Source: a virus. From it: a stretch of DNA of 64,000 nt. This document shows, piece by piece, positions 18,558 to 27,667 of the stretch. Numbering within the stretch: position 1 is the stretch's first letter; the number at the start of each line of letters is the position of its first letter. The position numbers and the translations under genes are program-made. Under the pieces are notes generated by a model. The model had not been told where the DNA came from and did no database searches. It worked only from the letters and a program-made list of their open reading frames with translations. The stretch is from IMG/VR virus record IMGVR_UViG_3300027987_000368, positions 16,844-80,843 of that record; one strand, 5' to 3'.

Positions 18558-19328
18558 TCACTTCCGCCTTCGTCGGAGCCAGCGCCACGCCTTGATCACG
18601 ACCTCGACGTGGCAGTGAGCTGGCCAGCACGAGCAGACGGCGTAGTGGGCCGGCGTCAGCTGCTCGAGGTAGTCGACGACCGCGCGGTCGAAGTCAGGCC
18701 CCGCGGTGATCTTGCCACGCAGCCACGCCCGGTACGAAGCGAGCGACGCTACGACGGCGTCAGCTCGAGACTCGTCGGGGCCGGGCTTGAACTTGAACGG
18801 GTTCCCCGCGGGCGACGGCCGGCCGCAGTAGAGCGCGGGTCCCGGCGGGGTGCCGTGGTGCGAATTCCACGGGCGCGGCTCGGCGACGGCCCAGATGTGG
18901 TGCACGACCAGCCCGGCCTCGTAGCCAGCGACGCGGCAGTCAAGCGTGCCCGCGCCGCCCTCGAACGCGATCACCACGTCGGCGCGCGGGTCCGGGACCA
19001 GTTGCCCTGGCCGGCGACCCGAGATCATGTCTCGGTTGCGGATCGGACCAGCAGGGCGCCCGTGCCGTTTCCAGTCGGCCGGCCACGATTCGACATCCCA
19101 GCCGCGCGCTCGGAGGTAGCCCGCAACGAGCGTGTCGGTGCTGCCGACGAGTTCGCCGCGGGCGTTCTTCTTGGGCGGGCAGGCTCCATGCCGGACCACG
19201 CGGGCGCCGATGCCAGCAAGGAGTACCTCGAGCTGCTCGAGCTCCGCCAGCGTGGGGGTCCGGTCCCTACCGCCAGTGATGACCGCGACCTCGCGTCGAT
19301 CCTGTGGTTGTGAGTCCGACGGATTCAC
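18558..19328 (-). CDS. SLOG (DUF2493/YspA-like) domain fused to DUF4326-like domain
   Basis: VITGGRD, HGA, PADWKRHGRPAGPIRNRDM, VIAFEGGAGT (SLOG); YCGRPSPAGNPF...CSCWPAHCH (DUF4326). Confidence 0.8.
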   Translation of the reverse strand: MNPSDSQPQDRREVAVITGGRDRTPTLAELEQLEVLLAGIGARVVRHGACPPKKNARGELVGSTDTLVAGYLRARGWDVESWPADWKRHGRPAGPIRNRDMISGRRPGQLVPDPRADVVIAFEGGAGTLDCRVAGYEAGLVVHHIWAVAEPRPWNSHHGTPPGPALYCGRPSPAGNPFKFKPGPDESRADAVVASLASYRAWLRGKITAGPDFDRAVVDYLEQLTPAHYAVCSCWPAHCHVEVVIKAWRWLRRRRK

Positions 19329-19582
19329 TTGATGCTCTTCCGCCTGTACGCCCACCAAGTGCGTGCCTTCTGCTCTGCATGAGCGTACGACCTCGCTGCA
19401 AAGAACCGCGTTGACTCGAGCCTCGTAGCCGTATCCACAAGGATCACGGGGTAAGGGTCCTCCCCGTCTCGGCATGTCTCAGAAGCCAGCTGGTGACTTC
19501 GGTGGAGCATCTTGCGAGGCGACATCAACAGGACTACCTCTGTGGCTCAGGCTCCATTCCTGGTGCGACCTGTCGCACTTGG

Positions 19583-19804
19583 CTACTCCTGAGTTTCGGC
19601 CTCGGCCACCGCGAGCGCGAGCTTCTTCAGCTTGCGCTCGATCTTCCCAGCCGTGGCGAGATCCGTCCTCACGACGGCCTTGACCGCGCTGCCTTCTTCT
19701 TCGGTCAGCGGAACCAGGTCGATCTGGCTCGGTTCGATGTTGAGCACCTTGGCGAGAGCCCTGGTGACGTTGGCGTGGTCGATGTCGTAGGTGACGTTAT
19801 CCAT
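19583..19804 (-). CDS. Hypothetical protein
   Basis: 73-aa ORF with natural composition. Confidence 0.45.
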   Translation of the reverse strand: MDNVTYDIDHANVTRALAKVLNIEPSQIDLVPLTEEEGSAVKAVVRTDLATAGKIERKLKKLALAVAEAETQE

Positions 19805-19881
19805 CGATTCACCAACCGGCGGATGTCCTTGGCATTCCAGGCGAGGTGAAATAGCTGAGCGTCGGTTGCGGTCATGCGGAC

Positions 19882-20139
19882 ATGAGCGACGAGCTGACCA
19901 ACACGAAGCGCGCCGAGGACATGATCGACACCTTGTCGATGGAGCTGGCATCCAGCGATGACTTCGAGGGTGAACTCGAAGATGCCTACTACGCTGCGGG
20001 TGCTCACTTGCTTGCGGGTGCCTTGCTGCGCATCGCCGCGCTGACGACCGAGCTGAAGCTCGAGCAGCAGAATCACCGCGCCGAGATCGACCGCATCATC
20101 CAGACCGAATCTGCGTGCAGGACCGACCCCAAGGGATGA
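19882..20139 (+). CDS. Hypothetical protein
   Basis: 85-aa helical ORF. Confidence 0.45.
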   Translation: MSDELTNTKRAEDMIDTLSMELASSDDFEGELEDAYYAAGAHLLAGALLRIAALTTELKLEQQNHRAEIDRIIQTESACRTDPKG

Positions 20140-20169
20140 CCCAGCTCGAGCTCAGCCTGACCCTCGATG

Positions 20170-20425
20170 TCAGCGTCGGCGCCTAAACTCTAGCCGAAGC
20201 TCGACACCGAGTTCGCGGCACACGGCTTCGAGGGCGTCAGCCGCGGGCCAGGGGTGGCGAGGGTATGAGCCTCCGCAGCTTCTTCTCACTCGAGGCCCCC
20301 GACAGATCCGGCCAGCAGAGCTCAGCCAGCCCGCCGACCGTCGTGTCGTGCTCGAGCAGGTAGGCGTCGACGAGCTCGCGGAGCTGTTCGCCTGGGAGCT
20401 CGACGAGGGGCTGCTCGGCGGGCAT
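20170..20425 (-). pseudogene. Cro/XRE-like HTH gene with apparent frameshift near 20260
   Basis: LRELVDAYL..TTVGGLAELC...KLRRLI in one frame, ADALEAVCRELGVEL in another. Confidence 0.4.
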
Positions 20426-21084
20426 CGAGCTCGGACCCGGAGCCGGTGGCCACCGGCCTTGTTCGCCACGTGCCGGATGATGTTGCTCTTGCCCGTTCCG
20501 GGCTCGCCCACCAGCAAGACCGAGCACATGTACCCCTTGGCGAGATAGGGCAGCTGGCGCAGCCAGATCCTCTCGGCCGTCCCGCTCGGCAGCGTCTCGG
20601 TGATCGGGTCAACCTGGAGCTGCGCCGGTCCGATCGCGGGCTGATGGAACTTCACCGCGGATCCCATCGCCTCCCAGGCGAATGCCCGGAGCGCAGCGAT
20701 GGCCTCGTCAGGATCGCCGACCGTGAACGGACCATCGACCCACCGCTCGTACTCGACCCACGCGACGCGGACGCCGTTGACGACTCCCGCCACGACCGTC
20801 TCGTTTTTCTTGCTCTCGCCCTCGGGAGCGACGAGGTGGTGGGCGATGCAAAGCTGGAGAAGGAAGTGCTCGAGCGGAGCTGCTCCCGGGACTGAGCGCC
20901 ACCCGCTGAGCGGCGCGCGGTCGAACTTGTCGATCGCCTTTGATAGTAGCTTCGCACCGACCGCCACGAAGCCGATCGGGCCAGTGTCCTTGTTGAGCTG
21001 CACCAGCACGTCGGCCGTGTCGCCCACCACGCGCACGCCCTTGAGCGCGAACTCGCGAATCATCCTCTTGTCGATCTTCGTCAT
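20426..21084 (-). pseudogene. Truncated AAA+ ATPase (similar architecture to 52075-53178)
   Basis: SVLLVGEPGTGKS Walker A, then the sequence degenerates before any Walker B. Confidence 0.55.
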
Positions 21085-21168
21085 GCGCGCACGACATCGC
21101 CTGACGGTGTTCGCTTCCACGCAACCAGTCGATTGGAATCACCGGCTCGGGTTTGGACTTGCGCGCGC

Positions 21169-21756
21169 ATGAACCTCGCGTTCGAGTCCATCCGCGCCAA
21201 GCTCGAGCTCGACGTCCAGCGGCGCCTGGTCGAGCAGGTCAGGGCCGTCGCCGCGGCGTCCCCATTCGTCCAGCCCGTCGCTCGCGGCGGCCTGGCCATG
21301 AGCGTCAAGGTCACCTGCGCCGGCGAGCTCGGCTGGGTGGGCGACGGCGCCTACCACTATAGCCGGGCCGATTCGCGCGGGAATCCGTGGCCGCCGATCC
21401 CCGCCGAGTGGACCGAGATCGCCAACCGCGTCATCGGCCGGGAGCTCACCTGGGACTGCGCGATCATCAACTGGTACGCCCCCGGCGCACGCCTGGGCGA
21501 GCACGTCGATCTCAGCGAGCGCGACCGGACCCAGCCGATCGTGACCATCTCGTTGGGCGACGCGGCGTCGTGGACGGTGCGCCGGTTCGCTGGCGCACCG
21601 ATCCACCGCGCGCTCCTCGAGAGCGGCGACGTCACCGTGCTCGAGGACGACACCCGGCTTGCACTTCACTCGATCGAGCGGGTGGTCGACGCCGGGTTGT
21701 TCTCGCCGCTCGGGGTTCGTGGGCGACTTTCGATGACGCTGCGGCGCGCAGGGTGA
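21169..21756 (+). CDS. alkB: AlkB-family 2OG-Fe(II) dioxygenase
   Basis: CAIINWY..GARLGEHVDLSE...PIVTISLG...LESGDV...HSI...RLSMTLR (HxD...H...RxxxxxR). Confidence 0.9.
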   Translation: MNLAFESIRAKLELDVQRRLVEQVRAVAAASPFVQPVARGGLAMSVKVTCAGELGWVGDGAYHYSRADSRGNPWPPIPAEWTEIANRVIGRELTWDCAIINWYAPGARLGEHVDLSERDRTQPIVTISLGDAASWTVRRFAGAPIHRALLESGDVTVLEDDTRLALHSIERVVDAGLFSPLGVRGRLSMTLRRAG

Positions 21757-21792
21757 GGAATACGCGCCTCCAGGCCGGGCTTGGGGATCGAC

Positions 21793-22536
21793 ATGGCGAC
21801 CACGAACGAAGTTCAACAAACAGATTACAGCAGCCTGCGGGAGCATTGCGAGCAACTCGCCAGCCGTGGCAAGTGGACATGTCGACGCCGCCAAGGTGTC
21901 GCCAACGTTGCTCTCTTCAAAGATGGTCACGAGATCGAGGTCATCGCGGCGAACGTGCCAGCATGGGCTGTCGAGGTCCTGGCGATCGGCCCTCACGGTG
22001 TGCTCGCGCTTCTAGATGAGATCGATACGCTGCGGACCAGTTCTGTCACGATCGCCGAACGCGACGAGGCTCGCCGGCTCTATTGTGAGCTCGCCGGGAG
22101 CAGCGATTGTGGTCCGATGGGTGATGGTCATGCGGACGTCGCCCGCGATCACGGCTGGGGCTACCTCTACGAGACGAAGTCTGACGGCACGAGTGAGCGC
22201 GACCAGGCCGAGCGCCACGACGAGCGCGACCAGGAGCTCGAGCGGCTGCGTGCGCGGGTCGTCATCAACTCCAGCGACGTCGCTCAGGCGAAGGTCACCG
22301 CGGCCACGCGCAACGCCTGGCTGCGCGAGCGCTGCGAGGCGAGCACCGGTCCAACACCTGGCACTACGATCTGGTCAAGGGATGGGGTCGAGGTCGCGCT
22401 CACCTGGGACGATGCGATCGATGACGGCGTGCAGCGCGGCGAGACGGCGCGCTTCATCAACAATGTCGCGCCGATGTTTGGCCTCACCCCGTGGGCGCTT
22501 CTCGAGCAGCTTGCCGCCGCGAGCCCGAGCGAATGA
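21793..22536 (+). CDS. Hypothetical multi-module protein
   Basis: ORF in coupled chain; C-terminal half paralogous to 12957-13460. Confidence 0.55.
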   Translation: MATTNEVQQTDYSSLREHCEQLASRGKWTCRRRQGVANVALFKDGHEIEVIAANVPAWAVEVLAIGPHGVLALLDEIDTLRTSSVTIAERDEARRLYCELAGSSDCGPMGDGHADVARDHGWGYLYETKSDGTSERDQAERHDERDQELERLRARVVINSSDVAQAKVTAATRNAWLRERCEASTGPTPGTTIWSRDGVEVALTWDDAIDDGVQRGETARFINNVAPMFGLTPWALLEQLAAASPSE

Positions 22537-22967
22537 CCGACTGGACCAAGCACGGCAAGGGCAAGGTCGGCCGCTACGACTCGCACCCGAGCGGCTGGCA
22601 GATCCGCCATTGCGGGCACCCCACCGCGCACTGGCCCTGGTACGCGCTGGCGCCAACCGGCGAGCGTGTGTGCAGCGAGAGCGGCTTCGCGTGGCGCAAG
22701 CTCGCCGAGGCGCACGAGCACGTAGACCAGGCCATCGCGGGCGAGCGCGTGCTCAGCTACGCGCGTTGGTCCGGGTGTGGAAGGGAGATCTACGGCCGGC
22801 TCGTCTGGCGCTGCTATGCCTGCGACGCCCCGGCGGCCGGGCGCGCGATCCCTGGCGGCGACCCGCGGACACCGAGCAAGCCAGCATGCGAGCGGCACCG
22901 TTGGGCCGAACTCGGGGCTGACTCTCGCCGCCGGCTGGACGGGGCCGAACCCATGGCGGCGCCATGA
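22533..22967 (+). CDS. Hypothetical protein
   Basis: SGWQIRHCGHPTAHWPWY; coupled at both ends. Confidence 0.5.
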   Translation: MTDWTKHGKGKVGRYDSHPSGWQIRHCGHPTAHWPWYALAPTGERVCSESGFAWRKLAEAHEHVDQAIAGERVLSYARWSGCGREIYGRLVWRCYACDAPAAGRAIPGGDPRTPSKPACERHRWAELGADSRRRLDGAEPMAAP

Positions 22968-23578
22968 CCGACGCGCCGATCGTCGAGCTCAAGCCCGTCG
23001 TCGGCCTCGACGGCGCGTGCGCCAGCTGGGGGGCGAACTGTGGCCCGGGAGCCATCGCCGCTGCGCTCGGGGTGGGCATCGACCGTGTGCGCGGGGCCGT
23101 CTCGAGCAGCGGGAAGTTCAAGGGCTACATGGGCGTGCGCGACTTTCGAGCTGCGATCCCGAGCGCGGGCGGGCGGATCGTCCGCCAGAGGTCGAAGCCG
23201 ATCGGGCCGACCGACGTCTTCGACCTATGGCACGCTATGTCCGCCGCCACCGAGGACCTCGAGGGCAAGCCGGTCATCGTGCTCTTGCGGTTCTGCGGGC
23301 CCTGGGACAGCGTGCCGCGGGCGGCCGCGACCTACCGCCACGCGATCGCCTACCGCCGGGTGTTCTTCCGCAGCCGCGATTACTGGACCCAGAGCGCCTA
23401 CGGGCCCGGCTGGGTCTTCGACGTCAACAACCACGAGCGCGACGACGCGACGTGCTGGCTGCCATCCCAGGCCTGGCGCAACCAAGTCTTGATCGATCTG
23501 CTGCCAGCGCGCGGCAACGGCCTGGTCGCGGTCGACTGGATGGCCCAGGTCGAGCGCGTGGAATCGACCGGCGCGTGA
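22964..23578 (+). CDS. Papain-fold (C39-like) cysteine peptidase-like protein
   Basis: NCGPGAIAAALG (Cys), HAIAY (His), WVFDVN (Asp). Confidence 0.55.
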   Translation: MTDAPIVELKPVVGLDGACASWGANCGPGAIAAALGVGIDRVRGAVSSSGKFKGYMGVRDFRAAIPSAGGRIVRQRSKPIGPTDVFDLWHAMSAATEDLEGKPVIVLLRFCGPWDSVPRAAATYRHAIAYRRVFFRSRDYWTQSAYGPGWVFDVNNHERDDATCWLPSQAWRNQVLIDLLPARGNGLVAVDWMAQVERVESTGA

Positions 23579-23593
23579 GCAGATTGCGCCCGC

Positions 23594-24832
23594 ATGACAA
23601 CCGACGTCACCTTCGCCATCGCCACCGCAAGCTCCCCAGACGAGGTGCCCGACTGGGTTCCCGAAGGCATGGCCGACGAGGCCCGAGACAGGCTCGCGAG
23701 CAACTACAACGAGCGAACGGTCATGTTCATCATCAAGACGAAGATGGTCCATCTCGGAGGGCACAAGGGCCTCATTGAGGATCCGCCGGCCCAGCTGCCG
23801 CCCATCAAGAAGTGTCACGAGCTGATGGCCAGTCGCGACCTCGATGGCCTCGACATGCTCGAAGAACGTCGTCAGCTTGCGGCGGCCGTGGATGATGCGA
23901 TGGACGCCCTCGAAGAAGCTGGACGGGCGATGGCGCAAGCGGCCAAGTTCTTGCTCGCCGACGCCATGCGCCGGTCCGAACTCTCGAAGGCCGCCGCGCA
24001 GCTCGAGGCCGATCTTCACCTGGCCCGATCGAATGGCCAATCGGATTTCATCGAGGGCCAGCGCTTCGTGGCCAGCGCGCTCACTCCCGAGGCCCGCGCA
24101 TGGGCGGACCATACCCAGCTGAGTTTGGAGGCCGGAAACGCAGAACCTACGCCTGAGCAGTGGTCGGTTCTGCGAGCTGAGAACATCGACCACGAGACGT
24201 TCGTGACCAGCTACGGGCGAGCTGGTGAGCGCATCGACGCGCATCACGATGTCCTGACCGCTCGACTTTGCGAGTTCACCAGCGCCGATGACATCGAACG
24301 GATGGCCGCACGCGGCGCGATGGCTGTCGTGCTCGCGCAGCTCACAGCCGCGCGGCTCGACCTCGCCAACGCTCGCGCAGAACGTGACCGGGCAGAGATG
24401 GCCAACAGCGACGCCATCGGGTCTCCATGCGAGCTCGACACCGAGCCCGAGCCCGAGCCCGAGTGGCGCGGGTTCCCCCGCGACCGCGAGGAGCTCGGCT
24501 ACGAGCGCACATCCGCGTGGATGGCGCTCGGCCGGCGCGGCGATCAGCGAGGAGACGAACCGCACATGACCCAGGCTCTCCGCCCCTCAAACACCCGCCC
24601 CTCAACTTCGACAAAGCTCACCATGTTCAACTTCGGCGACGCAATCACGATCCTCAAGGCCGGCGGCCGCGTCCAACGGCAAGGCTGGAACGGAAAGGGC
24701 ATGCACCTCTACTTGGTCAGCTTCCCGAGCTGCGAGCCCTGCATCGTCCTGCACACGGCTGCTGGCCTCGAGCAGCCCGGCTGGAACGCGAGCACGGCCG
24801 ACGTCCTGGCCAACGACTGGATCGAGCTGTGA
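23594..24832 (+). CDS. Coiled-coil protein with C-terminal DUF2829 / Tad2-like domain
   Basis: FNFGDAITILKAGGRVQRQGWNGKGMHLYL...PGWNASTADVLANDW at 24623-24832; possible internal start at 24566 after GGAG. Confidence 0.75.
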   Translation: MTTDVTFAIATASSPDEVPDWVPEGMADEARDRLASNYNERTVMFIIKTKMVHLGGHKGLIEDPPAQLPPIKKCHELMASRDLDGLDMLEERRQLAAAVDDAMDALEEAGRAMAQAAKFLLADAMRRSELSKAAAQLEADLHLARSNGQSDFIEGQRFVASALTPEARAWADHTQLSLEAGNAEPTPEQWSVLRAENIDHETFVTSYGRAGERIDAHHDVLTARLCEFTSADDIERMAARGAMAVVLAQLTAARLDLANARAERDRAEMANSDAIGSPCELDTEPEPEPEWRGFPRDREELGYERTSAWMALGRRGDQRGDEPHMTQALRPSNTRPSTSTKLTMFNFGDAITILKAGGRVQRQGWNGKGMHLYLVSFPSCEPCIVLHTAAGLEQPGWNASTADVLANDWIEL

Positions 24833-24974
24833 ACCGCGAGAAGCGAAGCCCCGAACACGTCCGCCAGCTCAACGGCGTCCGCGTACGGTCAATGATCGTC
24901 GACGTTGACGGCGGCTCACCGGATGATCTCGCGCTCGAGCAGGGTCTTGATCTCGTCCGGCGAGCTGCCGGGCC

Positions 24975-25313
24975 ATGACCAGCGAGAAGCGCCCCGGCCC
25001 CGAGTGGACCCCGATCCCCTGGCCGACCGGCGCCCCGGGCCCGACGGCCAGCGCCTGGCGGTGCGGCCCGATCGTCGCGCTGTCCGAACTCGTCGTCGCC
25101 GAGTACCCCGATGGCGTCGGCGAGGGCCCGCAGTGGATCGTCTCGATCTCCAGCAGCGGCAAGCGGCCCAAGCCGAAGCAGGTGCGCAAGGCGCTCCGAT
25201 CCTTCGACATGGTAGCGACCGAGGAGGACTGCCATCACCCACAAACCGGGCGAGCGCGGCAACCTGACCAGCAAGGCGCGACGGTTGGTATCTCGCTGAC
25301 ATCGGCCACCTAG
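24975..25313 (+). CDS. Hypothetical protein
   Basis: PQWIVSIS...RP...F.M..EED. Confidence 0.45.
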   Translation: MTSEKRPGPEWTPIPWPTGAPGPTASAWRCGPIVALSELVVAEYPDGVGEGPQWIVSISSSGKRPKPKQVRKALRSFDMVATEEDCHHPQTGRARQPDQQGATVGISLTSAT

Positions 25314-25331
25314 CTATGCTTCAGAGGCCGA

Positions 25332-25400
25332 TGTCCCTCGACATGTCCCTTGTGTCCCCCGGCGTGAAACCCGGCGTGTCCCTTGTGTCCCCTGTGTCCC
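25332..25400 (+). repeat. Six TGTCCC direct repeats upstream of the TerS candidate
   Basis: Copies at 25332, 25344, 25353, 25377, 25386, 25395 (two triplets). Confidence 0.75.
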
Positions 25401-25421
25401 ACGCGGTGTTACGATGTGGTT

Positions 25422-26180
25422 GTGAAGCTCGAGCCCACGGACACGCGACCATCGGAGATCCTGCGCCTTGTCGGGTCTGGCCTCACAGCAAAGGACGCGG
25501 CGGCCGAGGTCGGGATCAGCCGCAAGACGGTCACTCGGTGGCGACAGGGGTTGGCCGGGTTTGCCGCGGCATGCGATCGAGCTGCAGTTCTGAGCAGCGG
25601 CACGTCGCCAGCGGAGCGATCCGCGCTCGACTTGCTCGTGCGGACGTGGACCCCCGGCGGCCTGGTCAGCGCGCAGCATGAAGAGCCCACCCAGCCTGGC
25701 CAGCCTGGCCAACCCGAGGCTCTCGAGCAAGAGCCGGCTACGGACTCGGTCGCAAAACCGGAAGCGGCACCATCGCCGTCGAGCACCGTGGACCCAGACG
25801 TGCTCGATGTACGGGGGAAAGAGCTCGCAGTCGCCCGCCGATCTCCAGCTGCCGAGCCAGAGTCTCCCTACACGACGGCGCGTCCGCCCACGCCAGCCGA
25901 GTGGCTTGCGGAGATGGCATTGCTCAGCAAGGACTCGTCGCAGCCAGCTCAGGTCCGGGCGGTGGCGATCGCAGCGGTGAGCTCTGGCGTGCTCGGCGGG
26001 CCAGTGAGGCGGCCAGTCGAGGCCGAGCAGGTGCCCAGCCAGGTCCGCGGCCGTGACCCAGGCGTGCCGGCGAGCGTCTGGAAGGAGGCGCGAAAGAACT
26101 TCCTCGGCCCAGCTCCAGACGACAAGCCGGACGCGGCTCCTGGCGGTGACGTCGTCGAGTTCGAGCGGGCGCCTGGCTAG
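25422..26180 (+). CDS. HTH protein, probable terminase small subunit
   Basis: GLTAKDAAAEVGISRKTVTRWR HTH; C-terminal VWKEARKNFLG reminiscent of Mu-type TerS ends; no other TerS candidate near TerL. Confidence 0.5.
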   Translation: MKLEPTDTRPSEILRLVGSGLTAKDAAAEVGISRKTVTRWRQGLAGFAAACDRAAVLSSGTSPAERSALDLLVRTWTPGGLVSAQHEEPTQPGQPGQPEALEQEPATDSVAKPEAAPSPSSTVDPDVLDVRGKELAVARRSPAAEPESPYTTARPPTPAEWLAEMALLSKDSSQPAQVRAVAIAAVSSGVLGGPVRRPVEAEQVPSQVRGRDPGVPASVWKEARKNFLGPAPDDKPDAAPGGDVVEFERAPG

Positions 26181-26214
26181 ACCGGACCGCGCAGCCCCGT
26201 GATACCGTCTGCTC

Positions 26215-26589
26215 ATGGCCTCCGAATTCGTGCTCTTGACGCAGACCCAGGTCACGCCCCGGCTGCGTATCGGCTACCGCGTGAGCGTCGGAGCTCGCTG
26301 CCTGGCCAAGCGCTCGGGGCCCGGGCTGATCGGGATCGAGATCCGGCGGGGCGATGGCGGGGGCCCAGAGTTCTACCCCGACGTCGTCGATTACCTGATC
26401 TACGGACCGGTTCTTGCGGGCGAGGAACTCGAGCTCAAGCTGGGGGCGATCGACATGGTCGACGCGGGGTCTTACCCCCGCACCTACATGCTGCGCTTGG
26501 TGGCGATCGGCGGGGTTGACGACGTCAACGTGCGCGACGCGAACATCGCGACGTCTCCGTATTCGGAGCCCGGGCTTGTCCCGCCGTAG
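26215..26589 (+). CDS. Hypothetical beta-rich protein
   Basis: 124-aa ORF with natural composition. Confidence 0.5.
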   Translation: MASEFVLLTQTQVTPRLRIGYRVSVGARCLAKRSGPGLIGIEIRRGDGGGPEFYPDVVDYLIYGPVLAGEELELKLGAIDMVDAGSYPRTYMLRLVAIGGVDDVNVRDANIATSPYSEPGLVPP

Positions 26590-26655
26590 GAACGACTTCG
26601 CCGGGTCGGTCATTGCTGCGTGGTCTACGGCGCGAGCTCAAGCGCCAAGGCGTGA

Positions 26656-27246
26656 TCACGTGAACGTGTAGATCGCGTGGAAGCCAGCCTGCAGCTGGCC
26701 ATTGATCAGGTCTTGTAGAGCCTGGTCCTGCGCCGCCCCGAGGCTCGTCGCGGTCACCTGCATGGTGACCTTCCACAGGCCGCCGGCGAGGTAGTCGTCG
26801 GCGACGCTGACCGTCGTGAAGGGGTCAGCGGCCGGTGTCACCACGGCGTCGAGGTAGCCAGCATCGACGCACACGCTGGTGTAGTACTCGGCATTCACAC
26901 CGCCCTCAGCTCGCATTTTGGCGAGGACCGTCGCGCGCCGCTCGTCGAGCGTCTGCCCGTCGACCGGCACGATCGCTCGTTCGGCCTCGCGCTCGGCGAG
27001 CAGAATGTCCGCCGTCCGCGGATCATATTGTCGCTCGAGCACCTCCCGAGCTCGACGAAGCCGCGAGAAGAACCGCGCGATCGCTCGGGCTGTGGCGGGA
27101 AGCCAGCCGACCGTGCGATTCCAGTACTCGCCAAGCGGAAACTGGCGTAGTACCTCGGCCAGCTCGGCCACCGACGTCACGTTGAGGAACGCCAGGTCGC
27201 TGGTGGATTCGACTTCTTGCTCACCGTAGATGTCGATAAATGCCAT
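26656..27246 (-). CDS. Baseplate protein YmfQ/DUF2313 (Mu gp48-like)
   Basis: PLGEYW, DPRTADILLAERE, TLDERRATVLAKM..GG...YY; position downstream of baseplate J. Confidence 0.8.
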   Translation of the reverse strand: MAFIDIYGEQEVESTSDLAFLNVTSVAELAEVLRQFPLGEYWNRTVGWLPATARAIARFFSRLRRAREVLERQYDPRTADILLAEREAERAIVPVDGQTLDERRATVLAKMRAEGGVNAEYYTSVCVDAGYLDAVVTPAADPFTTVSVADDYLAGGLWKVTMQVTATSLGAAQDQALQDLINGQLQAGFHAIYTFT

Positions 27247-27247
27247 G

Positions 27248-27655
27248 TCACACGTCCCGAACGCGAACTACGATCGCGCCGATCTGGAACCTGGCTTCCT
27301 CGCCAATGCCGGAAAACACGACAGGCGTTGGCGCACCGATGAAGTCCGTTATTTGCCCAGCGCGAAGCAGGTTACCGGCCACCGATGCATCGAAGATCGC
27401 CCAGTAGTCGGCGCTGCCTGCCTCTGTGATCGTCGGAAACTCGATCGGTGATGCGTTTGATCGCGCCGACTTGCCGACGCCAGGAACCGACGTGGTCCAG
27501 TCCTGGTGCGCCGCGCGAGCATAGCCGGCCAAAGTGATCTCGACACCGGGAGCTCCTGGGTCGATGGGGTTGCCGAGGTACAGGGCGATGTACCGATCCG
27601 TGCCGGCCGGCAAAACGCCAGCGAGCATGTAGGCCCGGCCGACTTCAGGATCCAT
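27248..27655 (-). CDS. Minor tail/structural protein
   Basis: YIALY...GVEIT..GYAR...NASPIEFP...WAIFDASVAGNLL pattern. Confidence 0.65.
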   Translation of the reverse strand: MDPEVGRAYMLAGVLPAGTDRYIALYLGNPIDPGAPGVEITLAGYARAAHQDWTTSVPGVGKSARSNASPIEFPTITEAGSADYWAIFDASVAGNLLRAGQITDFIGAPTPVVFSGIGEEARFQIGAIVVRVRDV

Positions 27656-27667
27656 TGCTCGCCTTGT

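Noticed and set aside
25332-25400. CRISPR array or mini-array
   Set aside because: Repeats are 6 bp with 3-18 bp spacers; no 25-45 bp repeat-spacer structure was noticed here or elsewhere in the window
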